A DNA stretch of 64,000 nucleotides, from positions 343,108,001 to 343,172,000 of the forward strand of contig OZ024742.1 in NCBI GenBank assembly GCA_964016885.1. Reading direction: 5' to 3'. Below the pieces are notes generated by a model. It did no database searches. It saw only the letters and a list, made by a program, of their open reading frames with translations, and was not told where the DNA came from. The translations under genes and the position numbers were made by a program. The stretch's first letter is position 1. Each line of letters starts with the position of its first letter. Positions 1 through 15,000 of the stretch are shown one piece after another. This DNA comes from Eledone cirrhosa (lineage: Eukaryota).

Positions 1-3000
1 CCAGTGGTATGAAGTATGTGATCTCCTGTGGTATGAAGTATGTGATCTACAGTGGTATGAAGTATGTGATCTCCAGTGGTATGAAGTATGTGATCTACAG
101 TGGAATGAAGTATGTAATCTCCAGTGGTATGAAGTATGTGATCTACAGTGGTATGAAGTATGTGATCTCCAGTGGTATGAAGTATGTGATCTACAGTGGT
201 ATGAAGTATGTGATCTCCTGTGGTATGAAGTATGTAATCTCCAGTGGTATGAAGTATGTGATCTACAGTGGTATGAAGTATGTGATCTCCAGTGGTATGA
301 AGTATGTCAGCTCCAGTGGTATGAAGTATGTGATCTCCTGTGGTATGAAGTATGTGATCTACAGTGGTATGAAGTATGTGATCTCCAGTGGTATGAAGTA
401 TGTAATCTCCAGTGGTATGAAGTATGTGATTGTGGTATGAAGTATGTGATCTCCAGTAGTATGAAGTATTTCAGCTCCAGTGGTATGAAGTATGTCAGCT
501 CCAGTGGTATGAAGTATGTGATCTACAGTGGTATGAAGTATGTGATCTCCAGTGGTATGAAGTATGTGATCTCCTGTGGTATGAAGTATGTGATCTACAG
601 TGGTATGAAGTATGTGATCTCCTGTGGTATGAAGTATGTGATCTACAGTGGTATGAACTATGTGATATCCTGTGGTATGAAGTATGTGATCTCCAGTGGT
701 ATGAAGTAAGTCAGCTCCAGTGGTATGAAGTATGTGATCTCCAGTGGTATGAGGTATGTGATCTACAGTGGTATGAAGTATGTGATCTCCTGTGGTATGA
801 AGTATGTGATCTACAGTGGTATGAAGTATGTTAGCTCCTGTGGTATGAAGTATGTGATCTCCAGTGGTATGAAGTATGTGATCTACAGTGGTATGAAGTA
901 TGTGATCTACAGTGGTATGAAGTATGTGATCTACAGTGGTATGAAGTATGTGATCTACAGTGGTATGAAGTATGTGATATCCTGTGGTATGAAGTATGTG
1001 ATATCCTGTGGTATGAAGTATGTGATCTCCAGTGGTATGAAGTATGTCAGCTCCAGTGTTATGAAGTATGTGATCTCCAGTGGTATGAAGTATGTGATCT
1101 ACAGTGGTATGAATTATGTGATCTCCTGTGGTATGAAGTATGTGATCTACAGTAGTATGAAGTATGTTAGCTCCTGTGGTATGATGTATGTGATCTCCAG
1201 TGGTATGAAGTATGTGATCTCCAGTGGTATGAAGTATGTGATTTACAGTGGTATGAAGTATGTGATCCACAGCGGTATGAAGTATGTGATCTATAGTGGT
1301 ATGAAGTATGTGATATCCTGTGGTATGAAGTATGTGATATCCTGTGGTATGAAGTATGTGATCTCCAGTGGTATGAAGTATGTGATCGCCAGTGGTATGA
1401 AGTATGTGATCTCCAGTGGTATGAAGTATGTGATATCCTGTGGTATGAAGTATGTGATCTCCAGTGGTATGAAGTATGTGATCTCCAGTGGTATGATGTA
1501 TGTGATCTCCATTGGTATGAAGTATGTGATCTACAGTGGTATGAAGTATGTGATCTCCAGTAGTATGAAGTACGTCAGCTCCAGTGGTATGAAGTATGTA
1601 ATCTCCAGTGGTATGAAGTACGTCAACTCCAGTGGTATGAAGTATGTGATCTCCAGTGGTATGAAGTATGTGATCTCCAGTGGTATGAAGTATGTGATCT
1701 CCAGTGGTATGAAGTATGTCAGCTCCAGTGGTATGAAGTATGTGATATCCTGTGGTATGAAGTATGTGATCTACAGTGGTATGAAGTATGTGATCTACAG
1801 TGGTATGAAGTATGTGATCTCCAGTGGTATGAAGTATGTGATCTCCAGTGGTATGAAGCATGTGATCTACAGTGGTATGAAGTATGTGATATCCCGTGGT
1901 ATGAAGTATGTGATCTCCAGTGGTATGAAGTATGTGATCTCCAGTGGTATGAAGTATGTGATCTCCAGTGGTATGAAGTATGTGATATCCTGTGGTATGA
2001 AGTATGTGATATCCTGTGGTATGAAGTATGTGATCTACAGTGGTATGAAGTATGTGATATCCTGTGGTATGAAGTATGTGATCTCCAGTGGTATGAAGTA
2101 TGTGATATACCGTGGTATGAAGTATGTGATCTCCAGTGGTATGAAGTATGTGATCTCCAGTGTTATGAAGTATGTGATCTACAGTGGTATGAAGTATGTG
2201 ATATCCTGTGGTATGAAGTATGTGATATCCTGTGGTATGAAGTATGTGATCTACAGTGGTATGAATATGTGATCTACAGTGGTATGAAGTATGTGATCTC
2301 CAGTAGTATGAAGTATGTGATCTACAGTGGTATGAAGTATGTGATCTACAGTGGTATGAAGTATGTGATCTACAGTGGTATGAAGTATGTGATCTACAGT
2401 GGTATGAAGTATGTGATCTACAGTGGTATGCAGTATGTGATCTACAGTGGTATGAAGTATGTGATCTACAGTGGTATGAAGTATGTGATCTACAGTGGTA
2501 TGAAGTATGTCAGCTCCAGTGGTATGAAGTATGTGATCTACAGTGGTATGAAGTATGTGATCTACAGTGGTATGAAGTATGTGATATCCTGTGGTATGAA
2601 GTATGTGATCTCCTGTGGTATGATGTATGTGATATCCTGTGGTATGAAGTATGTGATATCCAGTGGTGTGAAGTATGTGATCTACAGTGGTATGAAGTAT
2701 GTGATCTACAGTGGTATGAAGTATGTGATATCCTGTGGTATGAAGTATGTGATCTACAGTGGTATGAAGTATGTGATATCCTGTGGTATGAAGTATGTGA
2801 TATCCTGTGGTATGAAGTATGTGATCTACAGTGGTATGAAGTATGTGATATCCTGTGGTATGAAGTATGTGATCTCCAGTGGTATGAAGTATGTGATATC
2901 CTGTGGTATGAAGTATGAGATATCCTGTGGTATGAAGTATGTGATCTACAGTGGTATGATGTATGTAATCTCCAGTGGTATGAAGTATATGATCTACAGT

Positions 3001-6000
3001 GGTATGAAGTATGTAATCTCCAGTGGTATGAAGTATGTGATCTCCAGTGGTATGAAGTATGTGATCTCCAGTGGTATGAAGTATGTGATCTCCAGTGGTA
3101 TGAAGTATGTGAACTCCAGTGGTATGAAGTATGTAATCTCCAGTGGTATGAAGTATGTGATTGTGGTATGAAGTATGTGATCTCCAGTAGTATGAAGTAT
3201 TTCAGCTCCAGTGGTATGAAGTATGTCAGCTCCAGTGGTATAAAGTATGTGATCTACAGTGGTATGAAGTATGTGATCTCCAGTGGTATGAAGTATGTGA
3301 TCTCCTGTGGTATGAAGTATGTGATCTACAGTGGTATGAAGTATGTGATATCCTGTGGTATGAAGTATGTGATCTCCAGTGGTATGAAGTATGTGATCTC
3401 CAGTGGTATGAAGTATGTCATCTCCAGTGGTATGAAGTATGTGATCTCCAGTGGTATGAAGTATGTGATCTCCAGTGGTATGAAGTATGTGATATCCAGT
3501 GGTATGAAGTATGTGATCTACAGTGGTATGAAGTATGTGTTCTCCCGTGGTATGAAGTATGTGATATCCAGTGGTATGAAGTATGTGATCTACAGTGGTA
3601 TGAAGTATCTCAGCTCCAGTGGTATGAAGTATGTGATCTCCTGTGGTATGAATTATGTGATCTACAGTGGTATGAAGTATGTGATCTCCAGTGGTATGAA
3701 GTATGTGATCTACAGTGGTATGAAGTATGTGATCTCCTGTGGTATGAAGTATGTGATCTCCAGTGGTATGAAGTATGTCAGCTCCAGTGGTATGAAGTAT
3801 GTGATCTCCAGTGGTATGAAGTATGTGATATCCAGTGGTATGAAGTATGTCAGCTCCAGTGGTATGAAGTATGTGATCTCCTGTGGTATGAAGTATGTGA
3901 TCTACAGTGGTATGAAGTATGTGATCTCCAGTGGTATGAAGTATGTGATCTACAGTGGTATGAAGTATGTAATCTCCAGTGCTATGAAGTATGTGATCTC
4001 CAGTGGTATGAAGTATGTGATCTACAGTGGTATGAAGTATGTGATCTCCAGTGGTATGAAGTATGTCAGCTCCAGTGGTATGAAGTATGTGATCTCCTGT
4101 GGTATGAAGTATGTGATCTACAGTGGTATGAAGTATGTGATCTCCAGTGGTATGAAGTATGTGATCTACAGTGGAATGAAGTATGTAATCTCCAGTGGTA
4201 TGAAGTATGTGATCTACAGTGGTATGAAGTATGTGATCTCCAGTGGTATGAAGTATGTGATCTACAGTGGTATGAAGTATGTGATCTCCTGTGGTATGAA
4301 GTATGTAATCTCCAGTGGTATGAAGTATGTGATCTACAGTGGTATGAAGTATGTGATCTCCAGTGGTATGAAGTATGTCAGCTCCAGTGGTATGAAGTAT
4401 GTGATCTCCTGTGGTATGAAGTATGTGATCTACAGTGGTATGAAGTATGTGATCTCCAGTGGTATGAAGTATGTGATCCACAGTGGTATGATGTATGTGA
4501 TCTCCAGTGGTATGAAGTATGTTAGCTCCAGTGCTATGAAGTGTGTGATCTACAGTGGTATGAAGTATGTGATCTACAGTGGTATGAAGTATGTAATCTC
4601 CAGTGGTATGAAGTATGTGATCTACAGTGGTATGAAATATGTGATTTACAGTGGTATGAACTATGTGATCTACAGTGGTATGAAGTATGTGATCTCCTGT
4701 GGTATGAAGTATGTGATCTACAGTGGTATGAAGTATGTGATCTCCAGTGGTCTGAAGTATGTGATCTACAGTGGTATGAAGTATGTGATCTCCTGTGGTA
4801 TGAAGTATGTGATCTACAGTGGTATGAAGTATGTGATCTCCAGTGGTATGAAGTATGTGATCTACAGTGGTATGAAGTATGTGATATCCTGTGGTATGAA
4901 GTATGTGATCTCCAGTGGTATGAAGTAAGTCAGCTCCAGTGGTATGAAGTATGTGATCTCCAGTGGTATGAGGTATGTGATCTACAGTGGTATGAAGTAT
5001 GTGATCTCCTGTGGTATGAAGTATGTGATCTACAGTGGTATGAAGTATGTTAGCTCCTGTGGTATGAAGTATGTGATCTCCAGTGGTATGAAGTATGTGA
5101 TCTACAGTGGTATGAAGTATGTGATCTACAGTGGTATGAAGTATGTGATCTACAGTGGTATGAAGTATGTGATCTACAGTGGTATGAAGTATGTGATATC
5201 CTGTGGTATGAAGTATGTGATATCCTGTGGTATGAAGTATGTGATCTCCAGTGGTATGAAGTATGTCAGCTCCAGTGGTATGAAGTATGTGATCTCCAGT
5301 GGTATGAAGTATGTGATCTACAGTGGTATGAATTATGTGATCTCCTGTGGTATGAAGTATGTGATCTACAGTAGTATGAAGTATGTTAGCTCCTGTGGTA
5401 CGATGTATGTGATCTCCAGTGGTATGAAGTATGTGATCTCCAGTGGTATGAAGTATGTGATTTACAGTGGTATGAAGTATGTGATCCACAGCGGTATGAA
5501 GTATGTGATCTATAGTGGTATGAAGTATGTGATATCCTGTGGTATGAAGTATGTGATATCCTGTGGTATGAAGTATGTGATCTCCAGTGGTATGAAGTAT
5601 GTGATCGCCAGTGGTATGAAGTATGTGATCTCCAGTGGTATGAAGTATGTGATATCCTGTGGTATGAAGTATGTGATCTCCAGTGGTATGAAGTATGTGA
5701 TCTCCAGTGGTATGAAGTATGTGATCTCCAGTGGTATGAAGTATGTGATCTACAGTGGTATGAAGTATGTGATCTCCAGTAGTATGAAGTACGTCAGCTC
5801 CAGTGGTATGAAGTATGTAATCTCCAGTGGTATGAAGTACGTCAACTCCAGTGGTATGAAGTATGTGATTTCCAGTGGTATGAAGTATGTGATCTCCAGT
5901 GGTATGAAGTATGTGATCTCCAGTGGTATGAAGTATGTCAGCTCCAGTGGTATGAAGTATGTGATATCCTGTGGTATGAAGTATGTGATCTACAGTGGTA

Positions 6001-9000
6001 TGAAGTATGTGATCTACAGTGGTATGAAGTATGTGATCTCCAGTGGTATGGAGTATGTGATCTCCAGTGGTATGAAGCATGTGATCTACAGTGGTATGAA
6101 GTATGTGATATCCCGTGGTATGAAGTATGTGATCTCCAGTGGTATGAAGTATGTGATCTCCAGTGGTATGAAGTATGTGATCTCCAGTGGTATGAAGTAT
6201 GTGATATCCTGTGGTATGAAGTATGTGATATCCTGTGGTATGAAGTATGTGATCTACAGTGGTATGAAGTATGTGATATCCTGTGGTATGAAGTATGTGA
6301 TCTCCAGTGGTATGAAGTATGTGATATACCGTGGTATGAAGTATGTGATCTCCAGTGGTATGAAGTATGTGATCTCCAGTGGTATGAAGTATGTGATCTA
6401 CAGTGGTATGAAGTATGTGATATCCTGTGGTATGAAGTATGTGATATCCTGTGGTATGAAGTATGTGATCTACAGTGGTATGAAGTATGTGATATCCTGT
6501 GGTATGAAGTATGTGATCTCCAGTGGTATGAAGTATGTGATATCCTGTGGTATGAAGTATGAGATATCCTGTGGTATGAAGTATGTGATCTACAGTGGTA
6601 TGATGTATGTAATCTCCAGTGGTATGAAGTATGTGATCTACAGTGGTATGAAGTATGTAATCTCCAGTGGTATGAAGTATGTGATCTCCAGTGGTATGAA
6701 GTATGTGATCTCCAGTGGTATGAAGTATGTGATCTCCAGTGGTATGAAGTATGTGAACTCCAGTGGTATGAAGTATGTAATCTCCAGTGGTATGAAGTAT
6801 GTGATTGTGGTATGAAGTATGTGATCTCCAGTAGTATGAAGTATTTCAGCTCCAGTGGTATGAAGTATGTCAGCTCCAGTGGTATGAAGTATGTGATCTA
6901 CAGTGGTATGAAGTATGTGATCTCCAGTGGTATGAAGTATGTGATCTCCTGTGGTATGAAGTATGTGATCTACAGTGGTATGAAGTATGTGATATCCTGT
7001 GGTATGAAGTATGTGATCTCCAGTGGTATGAAGTATGTGATCTCCAGTGGTATGAAGTATGTCATCTCCAGTGGTATGAAGTATGTGATCTCCAGTGGTA
7101 TGAAGTATGTCACCTCCAGTGGTATGAAGTATGTGATATCCAGTGGTATGAAGTATGTGATCTACAGTGGTATGAAGTATGTGATCTCCAGTGGTATGAA
7201 GTATGTGATATCCAGTGGTATGAAGTATGTGATCTACAGTGGTATGAAGTATGTAATCTCCAGTGGTATGAAGTATGTGATCTCCAATGGTATGAAGTAT
7301 GTGATCTCCAGTGGTATGAAGTATGTGATCTACAGTGGTATGAAGTATGTCAGCTCCAGTGGTATGAAGTATGTGATCTCCTGTGGTATGAAGTATGTGA
7401 TCTCCAGTGGTATGAAGTATGTCAGCTCCAGTGGTATGAAGTATGTGATCTCCAGTGGTATGAAGTATGTGATATCCAGTGGTATGAAGTATGTCAGCTC
7501 CAGTGGTATGAAGTATGTGATCTCCTGTGGTATGAAGTATGTGATCTACAGTGGTATGAAGTATGTGATCTCCAGTGGTATGAAGTATGTGATCTACAGT
7601 GGTATGAAGTATGTAATCTCCAGTGCTATGAAGTATGTGATCTCCAGTGGTATGAAGTATGTGATCTACAGTGGTATGAAGTATGTGATCTCCAGTGGTA
7701 TGAAGTATGTCAGCTCCAGTGGTATGAAGTATGTGATCTCCTCTGGTATGAAGTATGTGATCTACAGTGGTATGAAGTATGTGATCTCCAGTGGTATGAA
7801 GTATGTGATCTACAGTGGAATGAAGTATGTAATCTCCAGTGGTATGAAGTATGTGATCTACAGTGGTATGAAGTCTGTGATCTCCAGTGGTATGAAGTAT
7901 GTGATCTACAGTGGTATGAAGTATGTGATCTCCTGTGGTATGAAGTATGTAATCTCCAGTGGTATGAAGTATGTGATCTACAGTGGTATGAAGTATGTGA
8001 TCTCCAGTGGTATGAAGTATGTCAGCTCCAGTGGTATGAAGTATGTGATCTCCTGTGGTATGAAGTATGTGATCTACAGTGGTATGAAGTATGTGATCTC
8101 CAGTGGTATGAAGTATGTGATCTACAGTGGTATGATGTATGTGATCTCCAGTGGTATGAAGTATGTTAGCTCCAGTGCTATGAAGTGTGTGATCTACAGT
8201 GGTATGAAGTATGTGATCTACAGTGGTATGAAGTATGTAATCTCCAGTGGTATGAAGTATGTGATCTACAGTGGTATGAAGTATGTGATTTACAGTGGTA
8301 TGAACTATGTGATCTACAGTGGTATGAAGTATGTGATCTCCTGTGGTATGAAGTATGTGATCTACAGTGGTATGAAGTATGTGATCTCCAGTGGTCTGAA
8401 GTATGTGATCTACAGTGGTATGAAGTATGTGATATCCTGTGGTATGAAGTATGTGATCTCCAGTGGTATGAAGTATGTCAGCTCCAGTGGTATGAAGTAT
8501 GTGATCTCCTGTGGTATGAAGTATGTGATCTACAGTGGTATGAAGTATGTGATCTCCAGTGGTATAAAGTATGTGATCTACTGTGGTATGAAGTATGTGA
8601 TATCCTGTGGTATGAAGTATGTGATCTCCAGTGGTATGAAGTAAGTCAGCTCCAGTGGTATGAAGTATGTGATCTCCAGTGGTATGAAGTATGTGATAGA
8701 CAGTGGTATGAAGTATGTGATCTCCTGTGGTATGAAGTATGTGATCTACAGTGGTATGAAGTATGTGATATCCCGTGGTATGAAGTATGTGATCTCCAGT
8801 GGTATGAAGTATGTGATCTCCAGTGGTATGAAGTATGTGATCTCCAGTGGTATGAAGTATGTGATATCGTGTGGTATGAAGTATGTGATATCCTGTGGTA
8901 TGAAGTATGTGATCTACAGTGATATGAAGTATGTGATATCCTGTGGTATGAAGTATGTGATCTCCAGTGGTATGAAGTATGTGATATACCGTGGTATGAA

Positions 9001-12000
9001 GTATGTGATCTCCAGTGGTATGAAGTATGTGATCTCCAGTGGTATGAAGTATGTGATCTACAGTGGTATGAAGTATGTGATATCCTGTGGTATGAAGTAT
9101 GTGATATCCTGTGGTATGAAGTATGTGATCTACAGTGGTATGAAGTATGTGATATCCTGTGGTATGAAGTATGTGATCTCCAGTGGTATGAAGTATGTGA
9201 TATCCTGTGGTATGAAGTATGAGATATCCTGTGGTATGAAGTATGTGATCTACAGTGGTATGATGTATGTAATCTCCAGTGGTATGAAGTATGTGATCTA
9301 CAGTGGTATGAAGTATGTAATCTCCAGTGGTATGAAGTATGTGATCTCCAGTGGTATGAAGTATGTGATCTCCAGTGGTATGAAGTATGTGAACTCCAGT
9401 GGTATGAAGTATGTAATCTCCAGTGGTATGAAGTATGTGATTGTGGTATGAAGTATGTGATCTCCAGTAGTATGAAGTATTTCAGCTCCAGTGGTATGAA
9501 GTATGTCAGCTCCAGTGGTATGAAGTATGTGATCTATAGTGGTATGAAGTATGTGATCTCCAGTGGTATGAAGTATGTGATCTCCTGTGGTATGAAGTAT
9601 GTGATCTACAGTGGTATGAAGTATGTGATATCCTGTGGTATGAAGTATGTGATCTCCAGTGGTATGAAGTATGTGATCTCCAGTGGTATGAAGTATGTCA
9701 TCTCCAGTGGTATGAAGTATGTGATCTCCAGTGGTATGAAGTATGTCATCTCCAGTGGTATGAAGTATGTGATATCCAGTGGTATGAAGTATGTGATCTA
9801 CAGTGGTATGAAGTATGTGATCTCCAGTGGTATGAAGTATGTGATATCCAGTGGTATGAAGTATGTGATCTACAGTGGTATGAAGTATGTAATCTCCAGT
9901 GGTATGAAGTATGTGATCTCCAATGGTATGAAGTATGTGATCTCCAGTGGTATGAAGTATGTGATCTACAGTGGTATGAAGTATGTCAGCTCCAGTGGTA
10001 TGAAGTATGTGATCTCCTGTGGTATGAAGTATGTGATCTCCAGTGGTATGAAGTATGTCAGCTCCAGTGGTATGAAGTATGTGATCTCCAGTGGTATGAA
10101 GTATGTGATATCCAGTGGTATGAAGTATGTCAGCTCCAGTGGTATGAAGTAGGTGATCTCCTGTGGTATGAAGTATGTGATCTACAGTGGTATGAAGTAT
10201 GTGATCTCCAGTGGTATGAAGTATGTGATCTACAGTGGTATGAAGTATGTAATCTCCAGTGCTATGAAGTATGTGATCTCCAGTGGTATGAAGTATGTGA
10301 TCTACAGTGGTATGAAGTATGTGATCTCCAGTGGTATGAAGTATGTCAGCTCCAGTGGTATGAAGTATGTGATCTCCTCTGGTATGAAGTATGTGATCTA
10401 CAGTGGTATGAAGTATGTGATCTCCAGTGGTATGAAGTATGTGATCTACAGTGGAATGAAGTATGTAATCTCCAGTGGTATGAAGTATGTGATCTACAGT
10501 GGTATGAAGTATGTGATCTCCAGTGGTATGAAGTATGTGATCTACAGTGGTATGAAGTATGTGATCTCCTGTGGTATGAAGTATGTAATCTCCAGTGGTA
10601 TGAAGTATGTGATCTACAGTGGTATGAAGTATGTGATCTCCAGTGGTATGAAGTATGTCAGCTCCAGTGGTATGAAGTATGTGATCTCCTGTGGTATGAA
10701 GTATGTGATCTACAGTGGTATGAAGTATGTGATCTCCAGTGGTATGAAGTATGTGATCTACAGTGGTATGATGTATGTGATCTCCAGTGGTATGAAGTAT
10801 GTTAGCTCCAGTGCTATGAAGTGTGTGATCTACAGTGGTATGAAGTATGTGATCTACAGTGGTATGAAGTATGTAATCTCCAGTGGTATGAAGTATGTGA
10901 TCTACAGTGGTATGAAGTATGTGATTTACAGTGGTATGAACTATGTGATCTACAGTGGTATGAAGTATGTGATCTCCTGTGGTATGAAGTATGTGATCTA
11001 CAGTGGTATGAAGTATGTGATATCGTGTGGTATGAAGTATGTGATCTCCAGTGGTATGAAGTATGTCAGCTCCAGTGGTATGAAGTATGTGATCTCCTGT
11101 GGTATGAAGTATGTGATCTACAGTGGTATGAAGTATGTGATCTCCAGTGGTATGAAGTATGTGATCTACAGTGGTATGAAGTATGTGATATCCTGTGGTA
11201 TGAAGTATGGGATCTCCAGTGGTATGAAGTAAGTCAGCTCCAGTGGTATGAAGTATGTGATCTCCAGTGGTATGAAGTATGTGATAGACAGTGGTATGAA
11301 GTATGTGATCTCCTGTGGTATGAAGTATGTGATCTACAGTGGTATGAAGTATGTTAGCTCCTGTGGTATGAAGTATGTGATCTCCAGTGGTATGAAGTAT
11401 GTGATCTAAAGTGGTATGAAGTATGTGATCTACAGTGGTATGAAGTATGTGATCTACAGTGGTATGAAGTATGTGATCTACAGTGGTATGAAGTATGTGA
11501 TATCCTGTGGTATGAAGTATGTGATATCCTGTGGTATGAAGTATGTGATCTCCAGTGGTATGAAGTATGTCAGCTCCAGTGGTATGAAGTATGTGATCTC
11601 CAGTGGTATGAAGTATGTGATCTACAGTGGTATGAATTATGTGATCTCCTGTGGTATGAAGTATGTGATCTACAGTGGTATGAAGTATGTTAGCTCCTGT
11701 GGTATGATGTATGTGATCTCCAGTGGTATGAAGTATGTGATCTCCAGTGGTATGAAGTATGTGATCTACAGTGGTATGAAGTATGTGATCTACAGCGGTA
11801 TGAAGTATGTGATCTACAGTGGTATGAAGTATGTGATATCCTGTGGTATGAAGTATGTGATATCCTGTGGTATGAAGTATGTGATCTCCAGTGGTATGAA
11901 GTATGTGATCGCCAGTGGTATGAAGTATGTGATCTCCAGTGGTATGAAGTATGTGATATCCTGTGGTATGAAGTATGTGATCTCCATTGGTATGAAGTAT

Positions 12001-15000
12001 GTGATCTCCAGTGGTATGGAGTATGTGATCTCCAGTGGTATGAAGTATGTGATCTACAGTGGTATGAAGTATGTGATCTCCAGTAGTATGAAGTACGTCA
12101 GCTCCAGTGGTATGAAGTATGTAATCTCCAGTGGTATGATGTACGTCAACTCCAGTGGTATGAAGTATGTGATCTCCAGTGGTATGAAGTATGTGATCTC
12201 CAGTGGTATGAAGTATGTGATCTCCAGTGGTATGAAGTATGTGATCTCCAGTGGTATGAAGTATGTCAGCTCCAGTGGTATGAAGTATGTGATATCCTGT
12301 GGTATGAAGTATGTGATCTACAGTGGTATGAAGTATGTGATCTACAGTGGTATGAAGTATGTGATCTCCAGTGGTATGAAGTATGTGATCTCCAGTGGTA
12401 TGAAGCATGTGATCTACAGTGGTATGAAGTATGTGATATCCCGTGGTATGAAGTATGTGATCTCCAGTGGTATGAAGTATGTGATCTCCAGTGGTATGAA
12501 GTATGTGATCTCCAGTGGTATGAAGTATGTGATCTACAGTGGTATGAAGTATGTGATCTCCAGTGGTATGATGTATGTGATATCTTGTGGTATGAAGTAT
12601 GTGATCTATAGTGGTATGAAGTATGTGATCTCCAGTGGTATGAAGTATGTGATCTCCAGTGGTATGAAGTATGTCAGCTCCAGTGGTATGAAATATGGGA
12701 TCTACAGTGGTATAAAGTATGTGATCTACAGTGGTACGAAGTATGTCAGCTCCAGTGGTATGAAGTATGTGATCTCCAGTGGTATGAAGTATGTGATCTC
12801 CAGTGGTATGAAGTATGTCAACTCCAGTGGTATGAAGTATGTGATCTCCTGTGGTATGAAGTATGTGATCTACAGTGGTATGAAGTATGTGATCTCCAGT
12901 GGTATGAAGTATGTGATCTACAGTGGTATGAAGTATGTAATCTCCAGTGCTATGAAGTATGTGATCTCCAGTGGTATGAAGTATGTGATCTACAGTGGTA
13001 TGAAGTATGTGATCTCCAGTGGTATGAAGTATGTCAGCTCCAGTGGTATGAAGTATGTGATCTCCTCTGGTATGAAGTATGTGATCTACAGTGGTATGAA
13101 GTATGTGATCTCCAGTGGTATGAAGTATGTGATCTACAGTGGAATGAAGTATGTAATCTCCAGTGGTATGAAGTATGTGATCTACAGTGGTATGAAGTAT
13201 GTGATCTCCAGTGGTATGAAGTATGTGATCTACAGTGGTATGAAGTATGTGATCTCCTGTGGTATGAAGTATGTAATCTCCAGTGGTATGAAGTATGTGA
13301 TCTACAGTGGTATGAAGTATGTGATCTCCAGTGGTATGAAGTATGTCAGCTCCAGTGGTATGAAGTATGTGATCTCCTGTGGTATGAAGTATGTGATCTA
13401 CAGTGGTATGAAGTATGTGATCTCCAGTGGTATGAAGTATGTGATCTACAGTGGTATGATGTATGTGATCTCCAGTGGTATGAAGTATGTTAGCTCCAGT
13501 GCTATGAAGTGTGTGATCTACAGTGGTATGAAGTATGTGATCTACAGTGGTATGAAGTATGTAATCTCCAGTGGTATGAAGTATGTGATCTACAGTGGTA
13601 TGAAGTATGTGATTTACAGTGGTATGAACTATGTGATCTACAGTGGTATGAAGTATGTGATCTCCTGTGGTATGAAGTATGTGATCTACAGTGGTATGAA
13701 GTATGTGATCTCCAGTGGTCTGAAGTATGTGATCTACAGTGGTATGAAGTATGTGATATCCTGTGGTATGAAGTATGTGATCTCCAGTGGTATGAAGTAT
13801 GTCAGCTCCAGTGGTATGAAGTATGTGATCTCCTGTGGTATGAAGTATGTGATCTACAGTGGTATGAAGTATGTGATCTCCAGTGGTATGAAGTATGTGA
13901 TCTACAGTGGTATGAAGTATGTGATATCCTGTGGTATGAAGTATGGGATCTCCAGTGGTATGAAGTAAGTCAGCTCCAGTGGTATGAAGTATGTGATCTC
14001 CAGTGGTATGAAGTATGTGATAGACAGTGGTATGAAGTATGTGATCTCCTGTGGTATGAAGTATGTGATCTACAGTGGTATGAAGTATGTTAGCTCCTGT
14101 GGTATGAAGTATGTGATCTCCAGTGGTATGAAGTATGTGATCTAAAGTGGTATGAAGTATGTGATCTACAGTGGTATGAAGTATGTGATCTACAGTGGTA
14201 TGAAGTATGTGATCTACAGTGGTATGAAGTATGTGATATCCTGTGGTATGAAGTATGTGATATCCTGTGGTATGAAGTATGTGATCTCCAGTGGTATGAA
14301 GTATGTCAGCTCCAGTGGTATGAAGTATGTGATCTCCAGTGGTATGAAGTATGTGATCTACAGTGGTATGAATTATGTGATCTCCTGTGGTATGAAGTAT
14401 GTGATCTACAGTGGTATGAAGTATGTTAGCTCCTGTGGTATGATGTATGTGATCTCCAGTGGTATGAAGTATGTGATCTCCAGTGGTATGAAGTATGTGA
14501 TCTACAGTGGTATGAAGTATGTGATCTACAGCGGTATGAAGTATGTGATCTACAGTGGTATGAAGTATGTGATATCCTGTGGTATGAAGTATGTGATATC
14601 CTGTGGTATGAAGTATGTGATCTCCAGTGGTATGAAGTATGTGATCGCCAGTGGTATGAAGTATGTGATCTCCAGTGGTATGAAGTATGTGATATCCTGT
14701 GGTATGAAGTATGTGATCTCCATTGGTATGAAGTATGTGATCTCCAGTGGTATGGAGTATGTGATCTCCAGTGGTATGAAGTATGTGATCTACAGTGGTA
14801 TGAAGTATGTGATCTCCAGTAGTATGAAGTACGTCAGCTCCAGTGGTATGAAGTATGTAATCTCCAGTGGTATGATGTACGTCAACTCCAGTGGTATGAA
14901 GTATGTGATCTCCAGTGGTATGAAGTATGTGATCTCCAGTGGTATGAAGTATGTGATCTACAGTGGTATGAAGTATGTAATCTCCAGTGGTATGAAGTAT